From the human T2T-CHM13v2.0 reference genome, Homo sapiens, in the NCBI RefSeq assembly GCF_009914755.1, contig NC_060938.1: a stretch of 64,000 nt of DNA; one strand, 5' to 3'. The position numbers were made by a program, and so were the translations under genes. Numbering within the stretch: the stretch's first letter is position 1; each line of letters begins with the position of its first letter. The notes beneath the pieces are model-generated. The model made no database searches and had not been told where the DNA came from. It worked only from the letters and a program-made list of their open reading frames with translations. This document shows positions 1 to 13,267 of the stretch, in pieces.

Positions 1-129
1 TGTCATATTAAAAAGAATGTCAAAAAGAGTATGCCAGGGAATGACGCTGACAACACCCAGAAAAAAAAAAAAAAAAACAGGGTTCACTGGCACAACCGTG
101 TCAGAGAGCAATTCAGCAATGCTTAATAC

Positions 130-640
130 ATGTCGAGATTCCAACGGTTACTCCCCAGTTGACCCTAAAGAATTTCTTGTACATATGAACAAAAAGAGAG
201 TTAAATGAGCACTCCCCATAGTGGTGTTTCAGGGGAAAAATGGAAACTGAATGTCCACCAACAGGAAAATAAATAAATTATGATATATTCATACAGTGAA
301 ATACCATAAAACTGTGGAAATTAGACCTACATGGATTAAGATTAACATGGATCTATCTTGAAATAAGTTGCAGAATGAGACACATAACACCATTTACGGA
401 AACTTTTAAAACATTAACACTAGTATGTTTTGCTTATAAATACATACTAAATAAAAATACATACATAATAAAACTGTATAAAAACATGTACAAAAAAATA
501 TGTTCCACGTTCAGCATAGTGAAGGCATGGGAATAGGATCAGGATGGGAGATTCATCTGAAAAGTTCTAGTTCTTAAGCAAATCTGAGGTAAGCAGGGCA
601 GAGTATAAATGTGTTAAACCTAGACAGCGATCACACAGCA
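130..640 (+). mobile_element. old L1 (L1ME-like) 3' fragment
   Basis: degenerate L1 3' phrases such as 'aatgtccaccaacagg...atattcatacagtgaaatac'. Confidence 0.5.
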
Positions 641-910
641 TTTGTTTCTATCACTCCCTGAGTGCTTCTGCAGGTGAAGAGAGAGAATCCATCCACCCAC
701 GCAATCACTAGTATTCCTGTCAGCCTATTGGTCCCAGACTGGCCCTTTTCCATCACCTCACACAGATATGGGCACATGTTATTAGTGGCAGTTGCCATTC
801 TGCTCCCAGGGATTTCTACAGAATACATTTAAGCCATTAAATGCTCTTTAGGTGAAAGTTGGGAAAGCGCACAGAAGGGTTCTGATGTGTCCACCCAAGT
901 ATTCAGTTAC

Positions 911-1060
911 CTCTTTCACAACACTGTAGGCCTTGGCCACACCTTCCCTCAGGTCTACTGGCTGGTGGGCTAACCGGTGATGAGGAAACCTTTTGGTCTT
1001 CTTGGGCTCGATAGAAAGGGTACCAGGAGACACCATATCATAAGCAGTCTCTGCAGCTGC
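911..1060 (-). CDS. ATG2B: ATG2B exon 41 (150 nt)
   Basis: cag|AAAETAYDMVSPG...VAKAYSVVKE|gtaact; ATG_C region. Confidence 0.96.
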
Positions 1061-1690
1061 CTGGATCATTTTGTCAAAAGGAAGAAATGAATTAGAAGAA
1101 AGTCTGAAGAGTTACGGACCAGCAGAGCACTTCCTACAGGGAGTGAGGAAGAGCAGAGGAACTCACAAACCCTAATGAAGACACTTCTGCGTATCTGAAT
1201 TCTTTACCACAAGAATTGATGACTTTTATAACGAGAACATAAAAGTATAAATTAATAACTAACACCTGGATTGAGCTAAATTTTTAGCCCCTCCTCTGTT
1301 CACTGAGAACACTCAACATTTCCACATCAGTCTATGGAGCTTAATACTTACTAGAATGATCTTTAATACTTCTGTTTAATCTACAACGCCTTCTTCAAAT
1401 TTAGCTACGATCCTTTCATACAAATATGGTGAAATCAATCCTCTGCTAACTTAATGTTTACAATTTACCTGAAATAGGCAAACAAATCTGACACTGTATT
1501 CCACTGCTTTATTCTAATTATTTAACACTAAACATTTAAGCAATAAAACAAGCATGACATTAAATCACTACGAATAAAGTATCTACTCACAACATTTTGT
1601 ATATCTTCACAGTATCGTTTTAAAAACAAAAGGACCCAACCATTTCACAATGGCTCTTTTTGGATAGACTAAGGCAGTCTAAAAAGATAC

Positions 1691-1845
1691 CTGTATGGTT
1701 TGAACCATTCTGTTTGTGAGTTCTAGAGCAGCCATCGCTGTCGAGGTACCAAAGGAAGCAGCGCCTCTCTGAAACCCTCTGACAATGCGGCCATCCTTCC
1801 GGTACTGCTCTATTGGGAGCCAGACCAAGTCCTTTAGGCCTTGTA
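1691..1845 (-). CDS. ATG2B: ATG2B exon 40 (155 nt)
   Basis: tag|(V)QGLKDLVWLPIEQYRKDGRIVRGFQRGAASF...MVQTIQ|gtatct. Confidence 0.96.
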
Positions 1846-2068
1846 CTACAACAGTCAACACAAAATCAACATCAGTGCCACAGTTCAGACTTTTCTATCA
1901 TTCTAACCCTGGGGTTTTTAACTCCTAAAACTGGAGGCAAAGTTTTGTGTATATGAGTACATATGTGAGTTTTCTAGACTAATGGTCCTCACATAAGTTC
2001 TCAAAGGGATAAGAATTACTCATCTGAAAAAATAACTTATCTTTTGATTAAAAAAGAAGAAAACTCAC

Positions 2069-2190
2069 CTAATTGTACTAGTGAATGCATAGGTCCAACA
2101 CCTCCCAGGATTCCTGGTAGCTGGTTCTTCTTAATGTCATTAAGCCACTCAGTGATTGCATATGAGAATAATTTGTCAACGCCTAGTAAA
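2069..2190 (-). CDS. ATG2B: ATG2B exon 39 (122 nt)
   Basis: tag|LLGVDKLFSYAITEWLNDIKKNQLPGILGGVGPMHSLVQL|gtgagt. Confidence 0.96.
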
Positions 2191-2854
2191 CTAGAGCAAA
2201 TGATTATTAGTATGTCAAAAGGAGAAATACATTTATAGACACAGATTAGTTTGAGGGTTTTTTTTTACTTAAAACAAAATCTACAAATTATAAGGGCAAA
2301 TATTACAGGTGCTTCAAAAACAGGTAACATTTTTCAAATCAAAAAGAAACACAAATCATCCTTTTAACTCACAACCTGAATTTCTCTAAATATACATATA
2401 CATACATACACACACACATATATATAAAATCCAATTCTAATGTTAATAATTTCTACAAGACTCAGGTAATACGTATTAGTGTGTTTTTCCAATGTTCTTA
2501 TTTCTTGAACATCTTAAGGCTTTGGCATAAGATTAACCCAAAGTTTCTAAATTGCCAGTAATTGCTACTAAGAACTTCCAATCTTTTCACTGAATAAGCT
2601 AATTTACAACCTTAGAAAATTATTTAAAATATCCTAAACTATAACTGTTTTTTCCAAATACTACTCTTTTCAAACTACTTCTAATCCCTCAGAATAGAAA
2701 TCAGTGCCTAAATCTTAAGAGTCCTCTAAAAATGAGCTCTCTAAATAAAATACTGTAAAATTGTGTATGCATGCTAAGAAAACTCAGTTTTTAAATTTGT
2801 TGTACACTAACTTTGATAACTTCACTTAAAGCTTCATATAATAAATTCACTTAC

Positions 2855-2937
2855 CCATGTCGATAGGAAAGCCTCTTGAGCTTTAGTTCAGAGCAGTTTA
2901 ACTGAGCCAGACCAATCAAAATCCCAGCTAGCGTACC
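2855..2937 (-). CDS. ATG2B: ATG2B exon 38 (83 nt)
   Basis: aag|GTLAGILIGLAQLNCSELKLKRLSYRH(G)|gtaagt. Confidence 0.95.
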
Positions 2938-3283
2938 CTTCAAAATTAAAAAAGGCCAAATTAACCTTACTGTAAATTAAGAGACTCAACATCTAAAATA
3001 ATTGTTATTTTGAAAGTCAAAGCAGTAGTCATTATTGATACTAAAACACTTAAAATATTTACAGTAAAAATATATATTTTACAATACATATGACCCAATT
3101 TATACCAAATTTTACTCATGGTACTTAAGTAAATATTTACATTAAAAACAATTAAATTTAAAAACCTTGCACTTCATTTCAAACATATATATAAACTATG
3201 ACAAAGCAAAGTTAAAAATAAAAACGAGCTCATTAGAGAAACATATGATAATTTTGTGGAGTATATTTGTAGAGTTTCCCAAC

Positions 3284-3353
3284 CTGATCCATTGATACAT
3301 GTTTGCCATGATAATCAAGTCGAATGGGAACTTCTGACGTGAATCTAAATTCT
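3284..3353 (-). CDS. ATG2B: ATG2B exon 37 (70 nt)
   Basis: cag|EFRFTSEVPIRLDYHGKHVSMDQ|gttggg. Confidence 0.95.
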
Positions 3354-3819
3354 CTGAAGATAAAGGAAGGAGGGAGTTATTTACATTTACAATTACTAAT
3401 AGGTGAAATTAGATATAAATTAATTTGTTCAATTGGAGAATAAAAACAAAACCACAAAATAAATCATATAAATATCTTAAGAACTAAATAAAAGAGAATG
3501 TCTTTTAGCTCTATCTTTTCCTAATATAACAATTAAACAGATGTTAATCATCTCATATATTATTATATTTGCATTTCTCACAAAAAGCTTTTCTTAGTTA
3601 CGTCTATATAGTGTAGGAAAATAAAAATAATACTAACATAAAATGTAATAAAAACCTTTTCTCAGTTTATGAAATAATGTACACTTACAAAAATTTATTC
3701 TTATATATATTCACAATTCATTCAAAGAATAAATTAATAAAAGCAACCTTCAAGATTAAACCAGATAGTCATGACCAAGAAATATAAAGAGAAGGCCTAA
3801 GGAATTATTTTGACTGTCT

Positions 3820-3990
3820 GGTAAAACAGAGCCAGCAATCCTGGCATGAACCCCAGGTTCATCTATGACATGCAACTGTGGGCAAGTCACTTGAACTCTC
3901 TGCTGCTCAGTCTTCAGAAATTGTTAAAATGCCACCTACATTGTTAAATTTTGTGAGAATCCTTGAAACTAATGATTCTAAGTAAACAGA
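3820..3990 (+). mobile_element. MIR fragment
   Basis: 'ctgtgggcaagtcacttgaactctctg...cag' MIR core. Confidence 0.55.
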
Positions 3991-4042
3991 ATTATCGACA
4001 AACAAATATAGGGAACGGTGTGAGAATGAAATTATAATTATA

Positions 4043-4328
4043 CAGTTGTCCCTTGGTTTCTGAAGTGGATTGCTTCCAGGGCCTTTATGGATACCAAACC
4101 CCTTGATGTTCAAGTCCCTTATATAAAATGGGATAGTATTTGCATATATGCCACACATATCCTTTCATATACTCTAAATCATTTCTAGATTACTTATAGT
4201 ATTAATACAATGTAAATGCTGTGCAAATCATTTTTGTATTTTTAATTTGTATTATTTTTATTGCCTTTTTTAATTAATATTTTGGTTGAATCTCAGATGT
4301 AGAATTCCAGATATAGAGGGCTGGTTGT
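4043..4328. mobile_element. MER2-like TcMar-Tigger element
   Basis: TA-flanked termini 'cagttgtccct'/'agggctggttg'; internal 'caagtcccttatataaaatgg' typical of MER2. Confidence 0.75.
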
Positions 4329-4799
4329 ACACTGATGGTACACATCTAACAAAATGATCTGGCTTCCAAAAGTTGGCTGCAAACAATGTTTGGAACTTGA
4401 AACACAGTTTTCCCACAGAATTAATGTTGGTGGTTACATCCTAAGCCATCTCACCAAAGTCCACTGCGCCTACAACAAAATGGAGATGCTATATTTACAC
4501 CAATCACTACCAGAAGCCTCAGACCCCAGGTCACGCCCATCCCCTGAATACTCAGCTCCACTTGGCTGTCGGGCCAGTGCCCTCCAATACTCTCCTTTCT
4601 CACTTTTTTTTTCTCCATGGCACATATTAATAGGACAAACCATTTATTTTAATTATTTGTAATCTCAATTTGTAAACTCAATTAAATATTTTCTCTACTT
4701 TGTTCATTTGTGCCTAGATCAAAACCTGGCATACAGTTAAGTGCTCAGTAAATATTTGTAAAATGAATAACTGTTTGGAGGAAGGGGGCTCTCATGACA

Positions 4800-4945
4800 T
4801 TACTAAAAACTGTACTGGATTTTCTGGATTAGAGATAAGAAAATCTGTGTTCTAGTTGTGCCTTGGCCACGAACTGTGGTCTTGAGCAAGTCAACTAATC
4901 TCTCTGGGCATTCATTTCCTCATTTGTAAGGTGTGTAATTTAGAC
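4800..4945 (+). mobile_element. MIR fragment
   Basis: 'ttgagcaagtcaactaatctctctggg...tttcctcatttgtaa'. Confidence 0.55.
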
Positions 4946-6214
4946 TATGGCACTGATTAGGAGCCTTTGAGAGTACAAATGAAAATCTATAAGCTATTCT
5001 CAATATTTTAAATAGTCTAATGGAAAAAATAAACATTTACCTAAGTAAGTATAGGGCTTGTGTACTTTTTAAACGTAAATAAATGGGTAACCCTACTTCC
5101 TCTGGGCTAAAAAAAAAAGGCAAAATTCTTTGCTTTCAGGCCCATGTTTACAAAAACCAAATTGGCAGTTTATAAATGTGACTAATAAAATAAGAATGCA
5201 TATTATCACTTAAGATACATGTTTTTGTAAAAATAAAAGGATCAATGTAGGAAATTAATTTTAAAAGGTCCTTCTTTGGCGGTGGAAAGATTTAGAACCA
5301 CCAGGAATCATCTATTCCAAGATCTTTCCAATTATCATATTCCATTTTTTCTACCTATTTTCATCACTATGCAAAATATTTAAAACGTGACAACCCTTCC
5401 AATTAGTAATACTGCTGACTTTGGCCCATGCCTAAAGTCTAACTTCAGAACCTAGAGAGAAAGAGAGAAATCAGCAACCCAGGACATATGAGAAAGCAGC
5501 ACAGAAAATCAGGGAAGATGTAACTGCTCCTCATAACAAGGGGGCACTGATCTTCAGTCCCTTCTCTTTCCCATAGGGCCAAGCCACCATCCCTACCATC
5601 AAGTTTTGGAAAAGAAAGAAGATGAGAAGAACAAACAGGTCTGTAAATGAGGAAACTGCAGTGTGCTGTGCTCGAGCTGGCCGAGCCGTTGGGCAGCAGT
5701 CACAGCCGACGGCAGCAGCACAGCGGACCTGGGTCTCTTAACAGTGCCCACTGAGCAGGGAGGGAAGGGTCAGGAAAGACACATAACGACTGGGAAGGGC
5801 AGACAGAGAAAATAGGTAGAAAATCCCCACAAGGGAAAAGACAGACAGGCATAGCCAGGTTGAGATACATAAAGGAAAAAAAGCAAAAGGATGATATCCT
5901 GCTGGGCTGGTACAAACACACCATAACAGTGCTGGAAAGAGGGGACAGAGGAGAGAAAAAGAAGGAAGAAGCTAGAAGAAAAGGAAATTCCTGCCAGAGA
6001 ATTCAAAGAGAGACGAATTTGGAACCAGGTTACTATGTGCAAATAAGGGGGGTGCAATTAGATGGGGACCACAAACAGATAAATACACCAGCTGATGATT
6101 TGGCAGTGCAAAGAAAAGCTGACGGAACCTCATGATTACCAGCACACATACATCACAGAACAATCTTCAAAAGTCTAAAATAACTTCATTTGTTATTAAA
6201 ACTAAATTAGTTAC

Positions 6215-6422
6215 CTAAAAAACACAGGCTGATCCCTAAAAGATGCTTCTTCAGCAGAGAAGTTCTTCTCTTCCATGCCATTAACCACTTCCACTGAATT
6301 GGCACTATCATTTTGGGAAGGCTGTTTTGGCCCAGAGAAAGAAATAACCAGATTTGGCTCCTTTGAGGTACTCAAATGCCTTGGCAAACTGCAGGTGACA
6401 TCAGCTCCAGGAGACTTTTTAA
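6215..6422 (-). CDS. ATG2B: ATG2B exon 36 (208 nt)
   Basis: cag|(V)KKSPGADVTCSLPRH...FRDQPVFF(R)|gtaact. Confidence 0.95.
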
Positions 6423-6736
6423 CTGAAAATGTAATGTGCATGTTTGAAAAATTAGATATGCTTCTTCTTAGCAACCATTTAAATCAATCTTGATCTAATT
6501 TGTTTTTCTACATTTTATTTAATCAAAATACGATTCTTGTTACAGAGAAAATTTGCTTTCACCTTTTAAATTATTACTTTTATATAAACAGTATTCGCGA
6601 ATCAACAAAAATAAACACAGAACACATTTATGTAAGTGGGAATAAATATTGTAAGTACATTCTCAAAAAAGCCTCATAACAATTAAAATCAATCCAAGTA
6701 CTTGGTATAGTCTTTTCAACTATACATATTTAATAC

Positions 6737-6815
6737 CTTCTGGATCTGGAGTCATTTGAAGCTCTACTTCTGCAGAAAGACTTGTGAAGAAATCCTTCAG
6801 GAAGAACAAAGCATC
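6737..6815 (-). CDS. ATG2B: ATG2B exon 35 (79 nt)
   Basis: tag|DALFFLKDFFTSLSAEVELQMTPDPE|gtatta. Confidence 0.95.
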
Positions 6816-6981
6816 CTAAAATTAAGAGATGTAATTTTAACTAAGGAAGAAAAGAATCACCTATTTCTAAAACTATGAAACAAAGTATCTTAAACTCATA
6901 TATTTTACTCATTGTTCAAATATAGCTACAATTTATTGAATTCTTTCTCCATGCTAGTCATTATTCCTATTCTTCCCCCCA

Positions 6982-6982
<1 letters not shown>

Positions 6983-7022
<40 letters not shown>
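6983..7022. repeat. (CA)n microsatellite, about 20 units
   Basis: seen directly. Confidence 0.95.
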
Positions 7023-7024
<2 letters not shown>

Positions 7025-7235
7025 TACACACTTCCCTTTTAATTCTCATAACTTTATGAGGAAATTAATTTATAGGTATGAAAACTGAGAGACAGAAGTT
7101 AAAGATTACAAAAGTAAAAAGGACTAAATCAAAGTACATTTGAGTTTTCTTAGAAATGGAGCACTCTCACTCTTGGCCCTGGCTCTCATTCTGCATTGTG
7201 GTAATATTACCAACAATCATGTGCTGGACACTTTT

Positions 7236-7426
7236 TTTTTTGAGACGGAGTCTCGCTCTGTCGCCAGGCTGGAGTGCAGTGGCACAATCTCGGCTCACTG
7301 CAAGCTCTGCCTCCTGGGTTCACGCCATTCTCCTGCCTCAGCCTCCCAAGTGGCTGGGACTACAGGCGCCCGCCACCATGCCCAGCTAATTTTTGGTATT
7401 TTCAGTAGAGACCGGGTTTCACCATG
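7236..7426 (-). mobile_element. 5'-truncated AluY-like element with TSD
   Basis: right arm with 'gcaagctc...ttcacgccattc'; flanked by tggacactttt duplication. Confidence 0.9.
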
Positions 7427-7748
7427 TGGACACTTTTAAGTGTCTTCAAAGTTCCAAATGACTTAACTTCTGCTTTTCATACATTATATTGCCTTAATAC
7501 ATTTCATCATTGAACATGATATTCAAAATAATGAAAATAATCCATTCAGTATGGTCTCTCCTGAAATTACATAATTACAAACAAAAACTGCATGGCTCTG
7601 TCTTCACTTTGTACGTACATGCCATATTTGCCCATTATAGGCAGCTTCGTTTTGCCTATCTCACTCAAACTGACAAATATATCTTCGAGGATATATTTGT
7701 ATATATGCCTGAGCCTGATCTTATTCTTTCCTTTCATAATCCTAAACT

Positions 7749-8060
7749 GGCCGGGTGCAGTGGCTCACATCTGTAATCCCAACACTTTGGGAGGCTGAGG
7801 CGGGCAGATCATGAGGTCAGGAGTTCAAGACCAGCCTGGCCAACACAGTGAAATCCCGTCTCTACTAAAAACACAAAAAATTAGCCAGGCGTGGTGGCAG
7901 GTGCCTATAATCCCAGCTACTCAGGAGGCTGAGGCAGGAGAATCACTTGAACCTGGGAGGCGGAGGCTGCACTGAGCAGAGATCACGCCATTGCACTCCA
8001 GCCCAGGCGACAGTGCGAGACACTGTCTCAAAAAAAAAAAAAAAACCCAACAACAAAAAA
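7749..8060 (+). mobile_element. AluS (Sc/Sg-like)
   Basis: full dimer, poly(A), cctaaact duplication. Confidence 0.92.
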
Positions 8061-8456
8061 CCTAAACTAATATAAAACATTAATACTGTGCCAAAATGCA
8101 ATGTGAAGGGTCAAAATATTTAGTGGCACGCCAAAACAGTTTGACAATTCCAAAAGCTCTGTCTACTGATCACATATCTCAGAAGTACAAATGATGCAAA
8201 TGAGAAGGATATCCTAGGTAACATGCATATGGGAGACTAAGCAATGGACTGCAGCACAAGCAGGTGGTTTCGTCAGTAGTGGAAATATTCTGATTCTGAA
8301 GCGGGGTAGTGGGTTCATGAATTGTTCATTATATTGTTATGCTTTACATATATATTCATGTATGTATTTTATGTATTATTTCCATCATACACATTTAATA
8401 TATATAATTCATATTATACCAAATATTACATGTTTACAGTTTAACAGCATATAAAA

Positions 8457-8485
8457 TGCTATTCTTTGGCCACTAGATGGTGATA
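8457..8485 (+). promoter_or_regulatory. candidate CTCF site
   Basis: TGCTATTC-N5-CCACTAGATGGTGATA resembles the CTCF core plus upstream module; motif only. Confidence 0.4.
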
Positions 8486-8564
8486 TTTTAATGCCATAAA
8501 TGGTGGGACTCCATGATTACCTTCAAAAAAACAGCAAATTTTCAGGTATCAATTTCCTCTTTAA

Positions 8565-8965
<401 letters not shown>

Positions 8966-9056
8966 ACTAATCACTAGCTTTTTAAAATGTTCTCAAAATT
9001 TTTTGATTTTGGTATTTATGCTAAACTCTTTACAAATCAGTAAGACCAACAACTCA

Positions 9057-9364
9057 ATTTTATTTTATTTTATTTTACAGATGGGGGTCTCGCTCTGTCA
9101 CCCAGACTGGAGTACAGTAGCATGATCATGGCTCACTGCAGCCTCCACCTCCTGAGTTCAAGCGATCCTCCCACCTCAGCCTCCTGAATAGCTGGGAATA
9201 TAGGCAGGCACCACCATGCCTGGCTATTTTTTTTTCTATTTTTTGTAGAAACAAGATCTCACTATGTTGCCCAGGCTGATCTTGAACTTCTAGGCTCAAG
9301 CAATCCTCCTGCCTTGGCCTCCCAAAGTGGTAGGATTACAGGCATGAGTAACCCGCACCCGACC
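9057..9364 (-). mobile_element. AluJ
   Basis: diverged dimer with J-type 'gctcaagcaatcctcc'. Confidence 0.88.
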
Positions 9365-9384
9365 CAAACAACCCAATTTTAAAA

Positions 9385-10190
9385 CTAGCAAGACACAGAC
9401 ACTTCAGACACACAAAAGAAAATACACAAATGGCTAATAAGCACATAAAAAGATGCTCAGCATCACCTGTTACCAGGGAAATCCAATTTAAAACCACAGT
9501 GTACACAAAGCATCCCAGCTAAAATTTTAAGAACGACAATACCAAGTTTGGCAAGGCTATGAAGCAGCTGCAGCTCTCATGGCTATTGGTGGGAATATGC
9601 AATGCAACAGCCACTGTGAAGAATTGTTTGGCAGCTTCTTAAGAGAGCTCAACATATACTTATCTTATGACCCAGAAATTCTACTCTTATATATGTATTT
9701 ATTCAACCAAGAGAAGTGAAAACGTATGCCCATAAAAAGACTTCTACATAAATTTCCTAACAGCTTTATTCCTAAGAGCCAAAACCATGGAACAACCTCA
9801 GTGTGAACCAGCAGGTAAACAGATAAACCGTGGTATATCCACAGCAAAATCCTACTCAGCAATAAACATCACTGTGGATACATGCTACAACATAGATGGA
9901 TCTCAAAGACTTAACGCTAAGTACAGGAAGCCCAGTACAATTCCATTTACATGAAGTTGCAGAACAGGAAAAAACTAATCTATGGTGACCAAAAGATCAG
10001 TCAGTAGTCACTTTGGGATGGTGAAGATGAACTACAAAGGGACATGAGTGACGTCTTCACGGTAAGGAAAATGTTCTATATCTCAACTGGGGTAGTAGCT
10101 ACTCAAGTGTGTAAATCTGTGAAACCTCCATTGAACACTTAAAAGCTGTGCATTTTAGTGTATGTAAATTATACCTCAGTGCAATCAATG
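9385..10190 (+). mobile_element. old L1M 3' region
   Basis: 'aaatggctaataagcacataaaaagatgctcagcatc'...'tatgtaaattatacctca'. Confidence 0.75.
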
Positions 10191-10479
10191 TTTTTAAACT
10201 TTAAAAAATTGTTTATGCTAAACTTTGACTGTAAAATGTCTAGTTTGAAGATCCTATGATAAAGGATATTAATACTGCACTATGACTTACAGTGTTAAAA
10301 GAATTCCTTTTAATGTCATACTCAAGCAATGAAGCAATAATGATGAAAAACACAATTGTGCAAACTGGTGCTGCTCCATGTTCATCCTATAGAGCCTGGT
10401 TGAGCACTTACTTATCTTCCTTAGCAGAATGGTCTCCCAGTCCCAGTCCACAATCAGAGTAAGGCTTTTGGTATCTTTA

Positions 10480-10805
10480 CAAAAATCTTCACCTGCCTAG
10501 CTCCACTGCACTCCTTAAGGCCCACCTTGAATGTCACCACCTCCAGAAAGCCTTTCCTGAGCATCCCTCACCCTTCCAAACTCCCAGTCTAGGTTAAGAG
10601 CCATCTTCTGGTCAGGCATACCATCCCATGCCTATCTGTATCACTTGTACTCACCACAGCACATTAAAACTATCTCTTTTATGTCAGTCTTCTATAAAGA
10701 GATCCTTGAAGATAGAGATGTCTTATTCATCTTTGTATCCCCAGCATCCTAATATAAAACTTGGGACAAGGCAGGCATTCACCAAGTGGTCTTGAATGAA
10801 TTGAT
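10480..10805 (+). mobile_element. L2 3' fragment
   Basis: 'aatgtcaccacctccagaaagcctttcctga','tgtcttattcatctttgtatccccagca'. Confidence 0.6.
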
Positions 10806-11496
10806 ACGCTTTCCCGGCAGAGTTCCAGGCAGTACAAAACTAAAATGGACAATAGGCTAGCAGAGTCAGGAAATCCGGCCCCCTTCCTATTTTGAATCTC
10901 AAACTGCCTAGCTGTATGACCTCCATCATCCACTTATCCACCAGATGGAACTCATTCCATCTGCAATGCTTACTGCCTGCCCTAAGGGAACACTGAGCTT
11001 TGGAAGCAGTTGCACTTACCTTCAATGGCAATGCAGCTTTTTCAAAAACATGAAAGAATAATGTGTTGCTTTCATACTTAACATGATTCAATTAAGAAGA
11101 ATAAGTGGGGATGTGCTCGGTTAGAAAAATAATACTCAAAGCATTATCATTCACCAACTGATTTGTTTTCACAAGAAAAAATAAACAAAAATATTTGATT
11201 TTCTACTCAGACGACCATTTACTATCCCAAAATATGGTATAGCAATCTTAAAAGAGGCGAACTGAAAAGAATTTTTGTGTCAGGTGATATACCTCATTAA
11301 CGCTTACATATTTGTGGTGTGGCTTTGTTTTCCTAGCTTTTATGTCTTAATGAATTATTTCTCATTCTTCCTCAGGGTAGTCATAAAATTTATTTCCCTG
11401 ATGGTTCTAAGATTAATAACTCTCCACTTTAAAATCATAATGCTTTATAGTTCTAAATAAGAAATTGTGTTCAATATTAAATTTAAAAGTCTATTA

Positions 11497-11811
<315 letters not shown>

Positions 11812-12389
11812 CTGGGCTTGCTAAGTTTCGTAAAGTCATGCCAGAAAGATGTATCTTACTCAAAGTCTTGTTCACACTGGTGATCGCCACAGATCAATTT
11901 TCCCACAAATATTTCATTGTATTTCCACTAGGCCAATCAATATATGGATAAATTTAGTTAAAGTATGGATATCAAAATATCTTCTTTTCATAATGATAAA
12001 ACATAAACTTAAAGTACTGATTGGCAAGTCTAACCTAGGTCAGAGGCTATAAGCATTAATGTAGAGCTATGCTAAGCTTCTGTACTTCACAGTACATTTT
12101 CTCTAAGACAGCGCCTATTTTTTGTTTATAAATATTATTTAAGCTCAGTCTTGAAATATTTGTTACCAGCTTTTAGTTATTCAAGTTTTATTTAAACAAC
12201 TAATGAACATTATTCAACCAGTACTATTTAAGCAAATTAATAACGTCCACCCCACAAATAAATACTCTACTTCCAAACCTGAGCTCATATCAACACAATT
12301 TCTGTCAAGAAGGTTTTGTTATTTCACAGCAGATTAGTTAAAAACTCCATTTATGTTCTGCAATTATCATATGTTATGTTATTATTAAA

Positions 12390-12640
12390 TAACAACAGTT
12401 AACATTACTGATCCCTAACCTAGTGTGTCAGGCACCCAGTTAATGTTTTTCACACACTGATTTATTTAATCTTCATTTTAAAAAGCATTATGATACACAT
12501 ATTACTATTTCTCCCATTTTATCAGTGAAGGAACTAAGGCTTGGAGATGTTCAGTAACTTACCCGAAGCCATACAACTAGTAAAAGCTAAGACTGGAACC
12601 CAGGTCTGACTCCAAACCCATGCTTCTCGCCATTCTATTA
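12390..12640 (-). mobile_element. MIR
   Basis: 'cccattttatcagtgaaggaactaaggc...aacttacccgaagccatacaactagt'. Confidence 0.7.
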
Positions 12641-13267
12641 CTATACCTTGGCTGCGCATCCTATTTTCATACATCTTGGTAAAAAGTTTCTGGAAGAGGC
12701 ACCAGCTATGTTTTAAACAGATCGCTGGGTCAAAGCAAAGCCCAGAAGAATTTGATGGGATGCCTGCTAGAATACGGGAAAGTGGATTTCACTGTGCCCA
12801 ACTCCAGTTTTTTTTAGGGAAAGTCTAAATCTCTGTTGTTTCTGACCTCTTTATGTATACCAATTTACTCATTTGTCATTTTGCCCAGCACAGAAAGAAT
12901 TCTCTTCCAGATGCTGCAATGAAGACAGAGCAGCATTCAATTCATCAGGGAATCCTCTAATACTCTCTGAAAATGTATGCATATCTGAACTGGGAGTAGA
13001 GTACTTGAGGATTAGAGAACAAGAAGCAGGTATTAAGGTCTACATCACACCATGAGTAGGAGACTGGGGAATAACATCTAATGATGTTGACTCAGCCATA
13101 GTTCAGATTCCAAACATCTAATGAATTTGCCCTATTCTTTATCAGAAGTTTGCTTTATATATGTAACCGCCATAAAAGTTCAATAATGATAAACATTACA
13201 ATTTCTTTATTCTGAACATGCAGTCTAATCTAACTGTAACGGCAGGAATCACGCTCATGCTACAAAC

